From Saxibacter everestensis (GTDB lineage: Bacteria; Actinomycetota; Actinomycetes; Actinomycetales; Brevibacteriaceae), in contig NZ_CP090958.1 of the NCBI RefSeq assembly GCF_025787225.1, positions 1,968,550 to 2,032,549 of the forward strand: a stretch of DNA of 64,000 nt. Direction: 5' to 3'. Under the pieces are notes generated by a model, which ran no database searches, had not been told where the DNA came from, and saw nothing but the letters and a program-made list of their open reading frames with translations. The translations under genes and the position numbers were made by a program. Shown here piece by piece: positions 9,935-19,170 of the stretch. Numbering within the stretch: position 1 is the stretch's first letter; the number at the start of each line of letters is the position of its first letter.

Positions 9935-11383
9935 TCAGTCCTCGAGTGCGCGATCCTGACGTTCCGCGCGTTGGGCGGCTGTACTGAATCGGGTGAAGAG
10001 CCTGGAAGAATCGCTCGACAATGACAACAGCACTGTCACCTGGAGTGCGATCGTGGTCAACGCGTATCCGTTGGTTGCCAGCTCACGGTCCCCCGTGAAG
10101 TAATTTGCCATCGAGACGATGATCGATATCGTCGATAAGGCGAGGATCCACAATCGGGCACGGTTGCTCCCTCGAATCACCGAAGCACTCGCGGCCACCT
10201 GCAAGCAACCGATGAGCAGGCTGATGCCGATAAGAATGCCTGCACCGATGCGCAGTTCCCGATCATGGGAGCTGAGGTCGGCAAACTGCGTCAATAGCGA
10301 GAACTCGGTGCGGATCCCGTTCCAGTCGAGCAACACACTCGTCACTCCCAGGGCTTGAAAGATGAGTAGTACCAGAACCAGAGCGGCACCGAGAAGCGTT
10401 TGCAAGGGTCGCTTGCTCCACAAGGTCTTGGTCAGCGCCTTCACCGAATGCCCATGTTCGATTCCTACCGTCGCATCCATGACGTAATCGAGACGCTCGG
10501 GATAATCCGAATCGTCGGGCACGACCTTTCCGACTTCGACGATCGGTAAATCACCATCCGTGATGATGGCATCTCCGCCACCGTTCCTTGAGTGATAGCC
10601 CGTGGAGAAGTCTTCGATGTGGTCGATATTCACGGCCGGTTCGGCGGCCGTGACCGAGTCGACGATGTAGTCCCGTTCGAGATCAGTGTTCTCGTCGATC
10701 TTGTGCGTGAACTGCAAAGTAAACAGCGAAAGGCCCACGCTCTTGTCGTACGTTCCCGCCGCCAACCAGTCGGCTTGGTGGCCACCAGGCAAGAGCCACC
10801 CCTTGGGGCATTTCCAGAACCGGACGTGATGGCGTTGGCTCGGATCACCATCGACTTCCTGTTGATACGCGAAGTCCTGGCGTCGGCCGAACAACAACAG
10901 GGGCGAGACCGGTGCCTCCGGGTAGCTCCTCCTGGACACCGTCGAAACGATGGTCCACCAGGTCGACGCGGCGGTGATTTCTTCCGCGAGGGACCAACGG
11001 GCCGCTTTCATCGCGTGGTGAATCTGCGACTCGCTCCCCCGCCATGCCAGATTGACCGGATCCCCGAGCAGCCCGTCCGAGGTCCGTGTCCGGCCGATGA
11101 AGTAATTAGGGACATAGATCTGGGAGAGAATGCGGTGCAGCCGCGGCAGTGCCAGATACGACAACACGCACCAGAACAGCAGCAGAGTGGCAACCTGCCA
11201 CCAACCGAGGGAGAATCCGCGCAACAGAATGAGGAGCGCAAGCCAGGTCGACGCCGCGCCACCGAACAGGAAAAACACGTAGTCCAGAGCCCCGGTGACC
11301 GTGAAGTGATGACGTCTGAAGACGAAAGGTTGTTTCAGACGGTGTGAACCGTGGGATGGTTCCGACCCTGACCGTGCAGACAT
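9935..11383 (-). CDS. integral membrane protein with a large extracytoplasmic domain (resembles LssY C-terminal-domain proteins)
   Basis: 482 aa. N-terminal TM helices, a central soluble region with HHVRFWKCPKGW, and a C-terminal cluster of TM helices. The family assignment is from memory, not verified. Confidence 0.65.
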   Translation of the reverse strand: MSARSGSEPSHGSHRLKQPFVFRRHHFTVTGALDYVFFLFGGAASTWLALLILLRGFSLGWWQVATLLLFWCVLSYLALPRLHRILSQIYVPNYFIGRTRTSDGLLGDPVNLAWRGSESQIHHAMKAARWSLAEEITAASTWWTIVSTVSRRSYPEAPVSPLLLFGRRQDFAYQQEVDGDPSQRHHVRFWKCPKGWLLPGGHQADWLAAGTYDKSVGLSLFTLQFTHKIDENTDLERDYIVDSVTAAEPAVNIDHIEDFSTGYHSRNGGGDAIITDGDLPIVEVGKVVPDDSDYPERLDYVMDATVGIEHGHSVKALTKTLWSKRPLQTLLGAALVLVLLIFQALGVTSVLLDWNGIRTEFSLLTQFADLSSHDRELRIGAGILIGISLLIGCLQVAASASVIRGSNRARLWILALSTISIIVSMANYFTGDRELATNGYALTTIALQVTVLLSLSSDSSRLFTRFSTAAQRAERQDRALED

Positions 11384-11393
11384 TCTTCCGAGT

Positions 11394-11738
11394 CTACTGT
11401 TGGAGCAGACGCATCGATCGTCTCCTTCCTGCTTTCGTCGGTGTCACGGCGGTGACATCAGCGGCGAGGAACCGGAGTGCACCTCGGGATTCCGGGTTGC
11501 GGGGCGTGTAAACCTCCAGGCGGTGATCGGCGCTATCGGGCTGCAACCAGACCTGGTAGTCGACATCGAGCTGCCCGACTTTGGAGTGCTGGATGGCGCT
11601 CGGCGCCCTCGCGCTTCGCCGGATACCCAAACAGCACAGGTGACGACCTCCAACACTGGCCCATACGAGCACGACACACGCTCGACGAACATCAGAGGTG
11701 GCGGGTTTGGTCTGTGGGAGCAGAATCTGCCCAGTCAT
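11394..11738 (-). CDS. hypothetical small protein (doubtful)
   Basis: 114-aa ORF filling the 308-bp gap between the MFS and membrane-protein genes. It overlaps the MFS 3' end by 47 nt, and no recognisable motif or RBS was confirmed. Confidence 0.2.
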   Translation of the reverse strand: MTGQILLPQTKPATSDVRRACVVLVWASVGGRHLCCLGIRRSARAPSAIQHSKVGQLDVDYQVWLQPDSADHRLEVYTPRNPESRGALRFLAADVTAVTPTKAGRRRSMRLLQQ

Positions 11739-12963
11739 CCGTGGTTTCCGGAGCGGGTTGATCGCGTGGGGTGGGGCCCGCCGCGCCTCGCGGAACGGAC
11801 TTGATCAGAGGTGTGAAAAGCAGGAGAAGTCCGCCGAGAGCGGCGACGGCGAGCATGGCGCCGCGCAGTCCAACGGCGTCGGACCAGAAGCCGACGTAGG
11901 ACGGCCCAAGGAGGAATCCGAGGTAGGCGACGGTGGAGACGGTGGAGGTGGCGCGACCACGGTTCGTCTCATCGACGCGGGTCGAGACGACGGACAGGAT
12001 CATCGGGAACAGGACGGCGGTACCTGCGGCAGCCAGGGCGAGGCCAAGGGCATTGACCACCAAATTGGGTCCGTACGCGATGACGACCGCGCCGGCGGTG
12101 GCCACTGCCGCACCGACGGCGATGACCGGGCGGGCGTGGACGGCGCTGATGCCTCCGGTGCTGAACCGGGTGATCGCGGCGGCGCTGGCAAAGACTGCCG
12201 GGGCGATCGCGCCGACGGCAGCGCTGGCACCGAGTGCGTCGGTGGCGAAGATGGCGCTCCAGCTCTGGTGGGCGTTCTCGCTGGCGAACGCCAGCGCTCC
12301 GAGTAGGCCCAAGCCGATCAGCGACAGGGTCGGCAACACCGGCACCCGCGCGTCGAGATCACCGGCGGTGACAGGGTGCGCAGGGGCATTGGCATCGGGG
12401 CCGGCGGGGAGCACGCGGGCCATCAGGGTTGCGGCGAGCAGCGCGGTAATCGCGACGAGGACGAACGGGGTCACGATGGGAGCGCCCGCGCCGGTGAGCA
12501 GCCCGGTGCCGAGGCTGGCGATAACGACGAATGAGGAGAACACGCCGTGTGCGCGGGTGATGACCGGACGCCGGGCGTCGCGCTCGGCACGCCCGGCGAC
12601 GGAGTTCATCGCGACATCCGACGCGCCGGACGTCACTCCGACCAGGGTGAGCGCGACGGAGAGGCTGACCAGGTCCCCGGCCACGAGAGCGACAACGACA
12701 CCGGACCCGCCCAACAAAGCGATGGCAACAGCCGCCACGCGTAGACCCCACCGGTCGATCGCCCGACCCGTGAGCAGCATCGCGGGCAACGCGCCTGCTC
12801 CGACGAAAAGCAGGGCGACCCCGAGCCCGGCATCATCGAGCCCCGCCTGCACCCGGACTCGCGGGATCGAGGCGCCCCAAGCACCCCAGAACGCTCCGAA
12901 CGCGGCGAAGGCGATCATCGCGGCAACGACCATAGGACGGGCAGACGGAAGAGAACGTGACAT
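11692..12963 (-). CDS. MFS transporter
   Basis: About 12 predicted TM helices, glycine/alanine-rich. The start is ambiguous: M at 12981, 12963 or 12933, because an operator-like palindrome sits at 12964-12981. Confidence 0.85.
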   Translation of the reverse strand: MSRSLPSARPMVVAAMIAFAAFGAFWGAWGASIPRVRVQAGLDDAGLGVALLFVGAGALPAMLLTGRAIDRWGLRVAAVAIALLGGSGVVVALVAGDLVSLSVALTLVGVTSGASDVAMNSVAGRAERDARRPVITRAHGVFSSFVVIASLGTGLLTGAGAPIVTPFVLVAITALLAATLMARVLPAGPDANAPAHPVTAGDLDARVPVLPTLSLIGLGLLGALAFASENAHQSWSAIFATDALGASAAVGAIAPAVFASAAAITRFSTGGISAVHARPVIAVGAAVATAGAVVIAYGPNLVVNALGLALAAAGTAVLFPMILSVVSTRVDETNRGRATSTVSTVAYLGFLLGPSYVGFWSDAVGLRGAMLAVAALGGLLLLFTPLIKSVPRGAAGPTPRDQPAPETTDDWADSAPTDQTRHL

Positions 12964-12981
12964 ATGTGTAACGATACACAT
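12964..12981. promoter_or_regulatory. LacI-type operator candidate: 7-4-7 inverted repeat ATGTGTA-ACGA-TACACAT
   Basis: The palindrome lies exactly at the divergent MFS/LacI start region. It resembles TGTnAnCGnTnACA-type LacI operators. Confidence 0.4.
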
Positions 12982-14052
12982 AGACTGGTGCTCGTGATCA
13001 ACTCATCGCGTCGAGTGACGCTGGCACAGGTGGCCGAGCATGCCGGGGTCTCCACGATGACCGCGTCGTACACGTTCAGCCGACCAGAGCGCGTCTCGGC
13101 CGCGTCGCGGGAGAAAGTGCTGACCGCCGCGCGGGCTCTGGGTTACGCCGGACCTGACCCCTCGGCCCGGTCGCTGCGGCGTGGCAAGGCTGGAGCGCTC
13201 GGGGTGGTGCTCGGTGAACACCTGACGTACGCGTTCGACGACCCGCAAGCAACGGCATTCCTGGCAGGTGTGGCGGAGGTGTGCGCGGAGCAGGGGCAGG
13301 CGATGACGATCCTGCCGGTCACCGACGCCAGCACAGATGGTGCGCGGATCAGTGCGGCGGCTGTGGATGGTTACGTGCTATGGACGATGGAGGATGGCGC
13401 ACCGGTGCTGGACGCGGCAATCGCAACCGGCCGTCCTGTGGTCGTGCACGGTGGCCCGCCCGCCGCGGGTGCCCGCGTGGTCGGGATCGACAACCGGGCC
13501 GCGGCCCGCGATATCGGCCGACTGGTGTTCGCCGCAGCTACGACGCCGGCAGTGCTGAGCTTCCCCCTCACCGGCGCCCGCGGGGCGGCGATCCTCGCCG
13601 GTCCCGATCCGCACCGAGCGACGTTCCCCGTCACCCGTGAGCGCCTGCTTGGCTTTCGGGACGCCGCCGGCGACGTGGGCGCCAATTGGGCAGACGTGCT
13701 CGTTGCAGTGTGCTCGACAAATGACGCCCGTGAGGCGCAAACGATGGCCACGGACCTGCTGTCGCGGGACCGTCGCCCCGATGCCCTTGCCACGATGAGC
13801 GACGAGCTCGCATCCGGTGCGCTTCGTGCCCTGGCCGCTGCCGGTCTGCATGTGCCAAGCGCAGTCGCGGTCACTGGCTGGGACGACGCGGATGCCGCGC
13901 GCACCCTAGGCATCACGACCGTGGCACAGTCCATGCGCGAGCAGGGTGCCGCGTGTGCCCAACAGGCCCTTACCCAGACCAGCATCGACTTCACCGACCA
14001 GTGGCAGATCATCGAGCGAGCCTCCACCCACCCGGCGGGCCCCAATCCTTGA
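12964..14052 (+). CDS. LacI family transcriptional regulator
   Basis: N-terminal HTH VTLAQVAEHAGVSTMTASYTFS, then a periplasmic-binding-protein-like sugar-binding core. The real start is probably a GTG at 12988, 12994 or 13012, downstream of the operator. Confidence 0.8.
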   Translation: MCNDTHRLVLVINSSRRVTLAQVAEHAGVSTMTASYTFSRPERVSAASREKVLTAARALGYAGPDPSARSLRRGKAGALGVVLGEHLTYAFDDPQATAFLAGVAEVCAEQGQAMTILPVTDASTDGARISAAAVDGYVLWTMEDGAPVLDAAIATGRPVVVHGGPPAAGARVVGIDNRAAARDIGRLVFAAATTPAVLSFPLTGARGAAILAGPDPHRATFPVTRERLLGFRDAAGDVGANWADVLVAVCSTNDAREAQTMATDLLSRDRRPDALATMSDELASGALRALAAAGLHVPSAVAVTGWDDADAARTLGITTVAQSMREQGAACAQQALTQTSIDFTDQWQIIERASTHPAGPNP

Positions 14053-14391
14053 GGGCAGGAGACGGAGGGGTTGACCTCGTAGGCTCCGAATAGCCGTCTG
14101 ATGTGCATGGACACGATGACGCTTAGTAAGTCGGCCGACTAGGACCGCCTTTGGCGATGGGCACGAGCACCCCCCGAGGCTCTCGTGGTGAAGGTGTTCA
14201 GTCCCCCACTCCAGCGGCTTTCCGGTGGACGAGGAGAACGGCGTCGTCGACGATGGGACGGAGCTGCTCGTATGTGGCTTCGCTCGATGTAATCCAGGTC
14301 GCAGTGCCTGCTGACGATGCCCAAAAAAGTCGTACGCATGCTCAAAGATCGGTACTCGCTCCCCTGCTATGATTGGGCTCCTGGAGGAGAG

Positions 14392-14694
14392 ATGCACTTC
14401 ACACTGACCTACGAGTACGCGAACGACTACCTAGCGAAGCGCGAAGAGTTCCGAGCGGAGCACCTTCGTTACGCGTGGGCGTCGGTCGAACGTGATGAGT
14501 TACTGCTCGGTGGCGCCGTCGGCGAGCCAGCGAGTGAGGGATTACTTATCTTCGACGTGCCAGATACCTCCTCGGTCGAGGACTTCGCGAAGGCCGACCC
14601 ATATGTCACCGGCGGAGTTGTGCGGAGCTGGCGAGTTGCGCCCTGGGCGACCGTCGTCGGAGCCACGGCCACGTCACCAGTGCACCCCGACTAG
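14392..14694 (+). CDS. YciI-like (YCII-related domain) protein
   Basis: MHFTLTYEYANDY...LLLGGAVGEP...DPYVTGGVV. GGAGGAG RBS directly upstream of the ATG at 14392; the ORF start at 14317 is probably over-extended. Confidence 0.7.
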   Translation: MHFTLTYEYANDYLAKREEFRAEHLRYAWASVERDELLLGGAVGEPASEGLLIFDVPDTSSVEDFAKADPYVTGGVVRSWRVAPWATVVGATATSPVHPD

Positions 14695-14761
14695 ATAGCG
14701 AACAGGGTCGACGCACCAAAATCAGGTGCGGACCGACGGCGCTGTTGTGTGTAATCGGAGT

Positions 14762-15628
14762 ATGACGATTGTGCTGCGCAAGCCCGAGGTCGCCGGACTG
14801 AGCGAGATTGTGAAGGTGCTGCGGGGGTGGCAGGACGACGAGGCACCGATCCAGCTGCACCCGGGAGACCTGGGGTGGTTCTGGCAGTTCGGCGCAGAGG
14901 CGACGGCCGCGGCGGTCCGGACCTGGAGCCGGGACGGACGGATTCTCGCCGTGGGGTTGCTGGACGGCGCCACGCTGTTGCGGCTGACTACCGCACCCGA
15001 CGCTCACCGGGACGAGGAGTTGGCGCGACAGCTCGTTGACGACACGACTCGACCGAAACGTGACGTACTGCCAGAAGGAAAGGTGTCCGTCGAGGCGCCG
15101 ACAGGTGCACTGGTCCAGGATCTACTGACCGAGGCCGGCTGGACCGCCGACGAGCCGTGGGCCCTGCTGCGCCGCGACCTCACGCAGCCGGTGGAAGATC
15201 CGGGCGTGCGAATCGAGATGATCGGGCCGGAGCAGGTCCACGTGCGGACTGCGGTGCAGCGGGCATCGTTCGATGGATCGACGTTTCCCGACGAGCAGTG
15301 GCACGCTATGGCGGCGGGATTGCCGTACGCCGACGCCCGGTGTCTTGTCGCCTACAGCGACCACGGCGACGCGGTCGCGGCGGTGACGGTGTGGTCGGCT
15401 GGCCAAGGACGACCGGGTTTGCTCGAGCCCGTGGGCGTGCACCGGGAACATCGGGGTCATGGCTACGGCACAGCGATCACCGTCGCCGCGGCGGCCGCCC
15501 TCCAGGAGCTGGGCTCGTCGAGTGCGATCGTCTGCACCCCAAGCGCCAACGTCGCGGCGGTCGCCACCTACCGGTCGGCCGGCTTTCAGCAGCTCCCTGA
15601 GCGCCGGGACCGATGCCGGAGCGCGTAG
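14762..15628 (+). CDS. GNAT family N-acetyltransferase (two-lobed)
   Basis: The C-terminal half has the acetyl-CoA-binding motif VHREHRGHGYGTAITVAAAA. Confidence 0.7.
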   Translation: MTIVLRKPEVAGLSEIVKVLRGWQDDEAPIQLHPGDLGWFWQFGAEATAAAVRTWSRDGRILAVGLLDGATLLRLTTAPDAHRDEELARQLVDDTTRPKRDVLPEGKVSVEAPTGALVQDLLTEAGWTADEPWALLRRDLTQPVEDPGVRIEMIGPEQVHVRTAVQRASFDGSTFPDEQWHAMAAGLPYADARCLVAYSDHGDAVAAVTVWSAGQGRPGLLEPVGVHREHRGHGYGTAITVAAAAALQELGSSSAIVCTPSANVAAVATYRSAGFQQLPERRDRCRSA

Positions 15629-15785
15629 CCAAAAGTACGTCGGGACAATTTCGGCTTCCGTCTTTCCGGCGACAAAGTCACGCATGCCCCTGGCAGCCTC
15701 GGAGAACGCCTGTTCCCGCAACAGCCAGCCTAAGTTGGGAATCGGAACTGACAAGGTGGGCAAAGGTGTAATGAGGCGAGGCCAT

Positions 15786-16211
15786 TCATGGGTTCAACGA
15801 CTGCAGGATGCACGAGACACCGATGATGCCGGCTAGGTGATATCCCCCGGTGACTATGCCATGCAGGAACGGATGGGGGGTATGTGGAGTTAGAGAGTTA
15901 TTGATCGAGATGGGCAGAGCAATACCAGTAGCAACGACCGTGCCCAGCCCAAGCGCGTCAACGAGGCTTTGGGGCTGTACGAGTCGAAGTATGAGCGCCA
16001 CGGCTATGGTGACAAGCACCGCGCTCACGAACGGAACAACGTAGTAGGACGCTTGGAAGCGGGTGCGCTTCTCTCGCGTATGCCCGATTGACCGATCCCA
16101 AGCCTTGCCGAACAGCGGGGAGAACCAGAGCGCTCCGAGCAGATAGTAAGCCAGCGCCGCGACGACAACCGAAAGCCAGCTCAATTCAAGAAGTGTGCCG
16201 AGCACCATCAC
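15786..16211 (-). CDS. DUF1761-like small membrane protein
   Basis: YYLLGALWFSPLFGKAW and four TM segments. Confidence 0.65.
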   Translation of the reverse strand: MMVLGTLLELSWLSVVVAALAYYLLGALWFSPLFGKAWDRSIGHTREKRTRFQASYYVVPFVSAVLVTIAVALILRLVQPQSLVDALGLGTVVATGIALPISINNSLTPHTPHPFLHGIVTGGYHLAGIIGVSCILQSLNP

Positions 16212-16214
16212 ACC

Positions 16215-16631
16215 TCATCGTCGCTTAGAGCGCAGTGCTTCAACTTTCCGAAGCGCTGGGGCTTCACTGAGCCGCTTGTAGTCCTCACTACCCACGGGTA
16301 CCAGTGCTATCCGGCATTGTGAGTCGTGATGGATGCCCCATCCGTAGCGCTTTGCTAGGGGTGAGGACCGCAAGCATGCCTGGGGCTTCGCGAAGAACTC
16401 GAGGCGTGCCTCGGCTCGGTCTTCATCAGCTATGTCCCTACGGATCGCATGAACCGCGAAGATCACGTCGTCCGATGTCAGCGCGTACGGCGCATCGATG
16501 AGTAGTTCGTATTGGAGCTGAGCGACCGAAGGCTCTGCCCTCCCAGCAGGCGGAGCCTGCGCTTCCTCTGCGGGGCTGTCGCTCGCGACATGTATGAACG
16601 TATCGGTGTAATTAGTCGTCATACCTACCAT
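16215..16631 (-). CDS. conserved hypothetical protein (DUF6157-like)
   Basis: In-frame ATG at 16631 gives MVGMTTNYTDTFIHVASDSP...LQYELLIDAPYALTSDDVIFAVHA...RYGWGIHHD, a pattern recalled from a conserved actinobacterial family. The stop lies 4 nt before the DUF1761 start. The upstream part of ORF 16215..17219 is antisense to the AraC gene and is rejected. Confidence 0.55.
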   Translation of the reverse strand: MVGMTTNYTDTFIHVASDSPAEEAQAPPAGRAEPSVAQLQYELLIDAPYALTSDDVIFAVHAIRRDIADEDRAEARLEFFAKPQACLRSSPLAKRYGWGIHHDSQCRIALVPVGSEDYKRLSEAPALRKVEALRSKRR

Positions 16632-16649
16632 CGTTAATAATCGAGTGCG

Positions 16650-17561
16650 GTGAAGTATTGGAGAAACCCGACACCGATGAGAGGAGCAGACGTGGCCGTG
16701 GCAGAGGGTGGCGACGAGCGCAGAATCCGCGCCGATGAGCCCACCGGGGTGCTGCACCCGGCCAATCTCAGCCGCTACGATGCACGTTGGATCGATCCAG
16801 ACCCAAGAGTCGCAGACGTCGTAGACCAGTACTGGGCGGTGCGATGGAGCTTGGATGACGGCGAAATGATCGATCAAGCCATCATCGACCTCCCGGCGAT
16901 CAATCTGACTATTGAAGCCGGGGATGTTCCCGCGGGCCTCTTGGTAACCGGACTCCACGAGCGGGCGTGGTTCCGGCGCATCACTGGCACCGGAGATGTC
17001 TTCGCGATCCGGCTTCGTCCTGCTGGGCTCGCGGTTCTCAGCTCGCTGCGCCCAGAGGACTTGGTCAACCAGACGATCCCGATCACCGCAGAGCTGGACG
17101 CTGGTCTGCACGAGCTGATGACGCGAGCTGCGGGCGAGCGAACTGCTGAGTCCCGCTCCCGGGCGGTCAACGATGCCATCGCCGACCGGATGAGACAGAA
17201 CCCACCGCAGGCATCCCACCTGCTAGCGAATCGCGTTCTAGACGAACTCCGTGCCCGCGCATACAACCGCACCAGTACGCCCCTCGCTGAACGCTTCGGA
17301 ATCAGCGAGCGCACAATCCAACGGGCTTTATCGCAGACGCTCGGTATCGGGCCGAAACAAGTCGCTCGACGCATCCGGCTGCAAGAAGCGGCACAAGCTA
17401 TAGCAATCCAGGACGATGACCGGCTTACCGAGTTGGCCGTGCAGCTGGGGTACTCCGACCAAGCACATCTCACCAGCGACTTTCGCGCCACGACAGGCAC
17501 GACCCCCGGCGCATATCGCCGCATCCTCCGGCAGCTCACCGCAAGCGCAGAACACCGGTAG
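16650..17561 (+). CDS. AraC family transcriptional regulator
   Basis: C-terminal double HTH ...AERFGISERTIQRALSQTLGIGPKQVARRIRLQEA...LAVQLGYSDQAHLTSDFRATTG. Confidence 0.8.
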   Translation: MKYWRNPTPMRGADVAVAEGGDERRIRADEPTGVLHPANLSRYDARWIDPDPRVADVVDQYWAVRWSLDDGEMIDQAIIDLPAINLTIEAGDVPAGLLVTGLHERAWFRRITGTGDVFAIRLRPAGLAVLSSLRPEDLVNQTIPITAELDAGLHELMTRAAGERTAESRSRAVNDAIADRMRQNPPQASHLLANRVLDELRARAYNRTSTPLAERFGISERTIQRALSQTLGIGPKQVARRIRLQEAAQAIAIQDDDRLTELAVQLGYSDQAHLTSDFRATTGTTPGAYRRILRQLTASAEHR

Positions 17562-17565
17562 CCGC

Positions 17566-17631
17566 CCTGGGCCATGTCGCCCCTGGGAGCGGGGCCGCCT
17601 GGGCCGTGCCGCCCCTGGGAGCGAGGCCGCC
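17566..17631. repeat. 2 x ~32-bp imperfect tandem repeat (TGGGCC[A/G]TG[T/C]CGCCCCTGGGAGCG[G/A]GGCCGCC)
   Basis: Direct reading of the sequence immediately downstream of araC. Confidence 0.6.
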
Positions 17632-17884
17632 TAGAAACACGCGGCTCTGCCCAGCTGAACAGCCGCAGGGTTCGAACCTGGGAGGTTGATCCCGAGCGGG
17701 CACCGCTGAACCGCCGACTTGCGAACTAAGCGTTCTACACACAGCTCGACATCACCGAAGAGGGGAGCGTCCACCGGACCCTGGCCGATCCCTTCGCCAC
17801 CATCGTGGCCGCTGCCCGGGGCGAGGCGAAAGAAGAACGACAACGGCTCATAGGCCATCTCCTCTGTTCCCGCAAAGTACCTTG

Positions 17885-17937
17885 GTGGAGCTGAGGGGAC
17901 TCGATCCCCTAGCCCCCTGCATGCCATGCAGGTGCGC
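17885..17937 (-). repeat. 53-nt degenerate direct copy of the 3' end of tRNA-Ala (att-like remnant)
   Basis: tggagctgaggggactcgaTcccctAGccccctgcatgccatgcaggtgcgc matches 19522-19574 with 3 mismatches, in the same orientation as the intact tRNA. Confidence 0.6.
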
Positions 17938-18093
17938 GACCATCTGCGTCACAGTATCCGTATGCGGCGGCCACGGCACGATCAAACGCACGTGGGATGA
18001 CGACGATCGACTTTAGCGTCTCCGGCCTTAACGACGAAGAACACAGTTCGATGGGGGTGATCGACGCGTCAAGCAGAGGCAGACGCCTTACAC

Positions 18094-18633
18094 TCAGGAG
18101 GCCAACCACCCCAGAGCACGGACCACCGCCTCGCGGTAGCGCTCTGCCACAGTCGGGAGTCGCTCGGCAATTACATCCTGTCGGACGGGGCCGGCGGTTA
18201 ACAGCGCCGCGACGAAGTTCAGATCCTTCTCACGAAAGGCACAGAGCTTGGCGACACAGAGGTCGTGTTTGTCGAGGCACCAGCCCGTGAATCGAGGCTC
18301 CCCCGAGGGCGCGGCCGTGTTTGCGTTCTGGACCTTGACGAGCCGGTCGCGCCAGCCAGCAGGGAGCGCCGATGTCTCTAGATCAACGCCGTCAATGCTG
18401 AAGCCGTGAAGCTGCTCGAACAGGGAGAATTCACCCGCAACCCCCTCGATCAGATCGGCGAGGCGGGCCGTCTCGTCGTTGTCATCGGCAATCGGCAGGA
18501 TGTCGACCTCAATCGACATCGTGGCGTCCGCAGGGAGCTGCTCCTCGCCGAACGTGCCGAGGATCGAGCGAACCGACGACGATGACCTCCGAGTCGCCGA
18601 TGAGCTGGCAGGCCGTACGGATCGCGTGCTCAA
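18094..18633 (-). CDS. hypothetical protein, possible minimal nucleotidyltransferase-fold protein (candidate toxin/effector partner)
   Basis: LGTFGEE...(13 aa)...SIEVDIL resembles the Gx(G/S)...[DE]h[DE] nucleotidyltransferase motif. The C-terminus has KHDLCVAKLCAFREKDLNF. It starts 15 nt after the XRE gene stop, apparently at TTG, with no clear RBS. Confidence 0.4.
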   Translation of the reverse strand: MSTRSVRPASSSATRRSSSSVRSILGTFGEEQLPADATMSIEVDILPIADDNDETARLADLIEGVAGEFSLFEQLHGFSIDGVDLETSALPAGWRDRLVKVQNANTAAPSGEPRFTGWCLDKHDLCVAKLCAFREKDLNFVAALLTAGPVRQDVIAERLPTVAERYREAVVRALGWLAS

Positions 18634-18648
18634 GCTGGTCGCGGCGCA

Positions 18649-19170
18649 TCAGGCAGCCCCCTCTAGGACTTCGAGCCGCTCGTCCTCGGTAAGGAGGCCA
18701 CCCATCGGCGAAACCTCGCGCATTTCGATCAAATCACGATCGAAACCCGTCATCACCCGCTTCAGACCGACCACGTCACGCTCATCGACCAAGACAATCC
18801 ACCGCCGGAGATTCCGCTTGTGAGGCTGGCCTGTTACGCCATCGCGCAGACGCCGTAGGTTGCGCTCAATCGTTGGCAGCCACTCCTCAAGGCTCTCGCG
18901 AGTAAGGCGGCCCGAGAGCTTACGGTGCAGGAGCCACGACCGCCGTTCGGAGCGGGTCAGTTCCGGTACCACCGGCCGACGCACCACCTCGAGTCGGAAC
19001 CCCATGCACGACAGCAACCGGTCGAACTGCTCGTCGCTGAACTCGACCCTGCCGGAGAGAAACTGGCTGATGCTGGGCTGATGGACCCCGCTGATCCGCG
19101 ACAACATCGACTGGGTGGTGCCCGTGGAGAGCATCACCTCGCGAAGCAGATCACCGCGGCCGACCGCCAT
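18649..19170 (-). CDS. XRE-family helix-turn-helix protein with C-terminal extension (candidate antitoxin/regulator)
   Basis: HTH GTTQSMLSRISGVHQPSISQFLSGR. 173 aa. Lies immediately upstream of the nucleotidyltransferase-like ORF. Confidence 0.65.
   Translation of the reverse strand: MAVGRGDLLREVMLSTGTTQSMLSRISGVHQPSISQFLSGRVEFSDEQFDRLLSCMGFRLEVVRRPVVPELTRSERRSWLLHRKLSGRLTRESLEEWLPTIERNLRRLRDGVTGQPHKRNLRRWIVLVDERDVVGLKRVMTGFDRDLIEMREVSPMGGLLTEDERLEVLEGAA

Noticed and set aside
13371-14114. 247-aa minus-strand ORF
   Set aside because: Antisense to the LacI regulator gene.
16632-17219. N-terminal 196 codons of the 334-aa minus ORF
   Set aside because: Antisense to the AraC gene. Only the C-terminal 138 codons (16215..16631) resemble a known conserved protein and have their own ATG.
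17640-17725. Possible tRNA gene (GGGTTCGAACC T-loop-like motif)
   Set aside because: No acceptor stem, D-arm or anticodon arm can be built on either strand, so it is treated as a fragment or remnant only.
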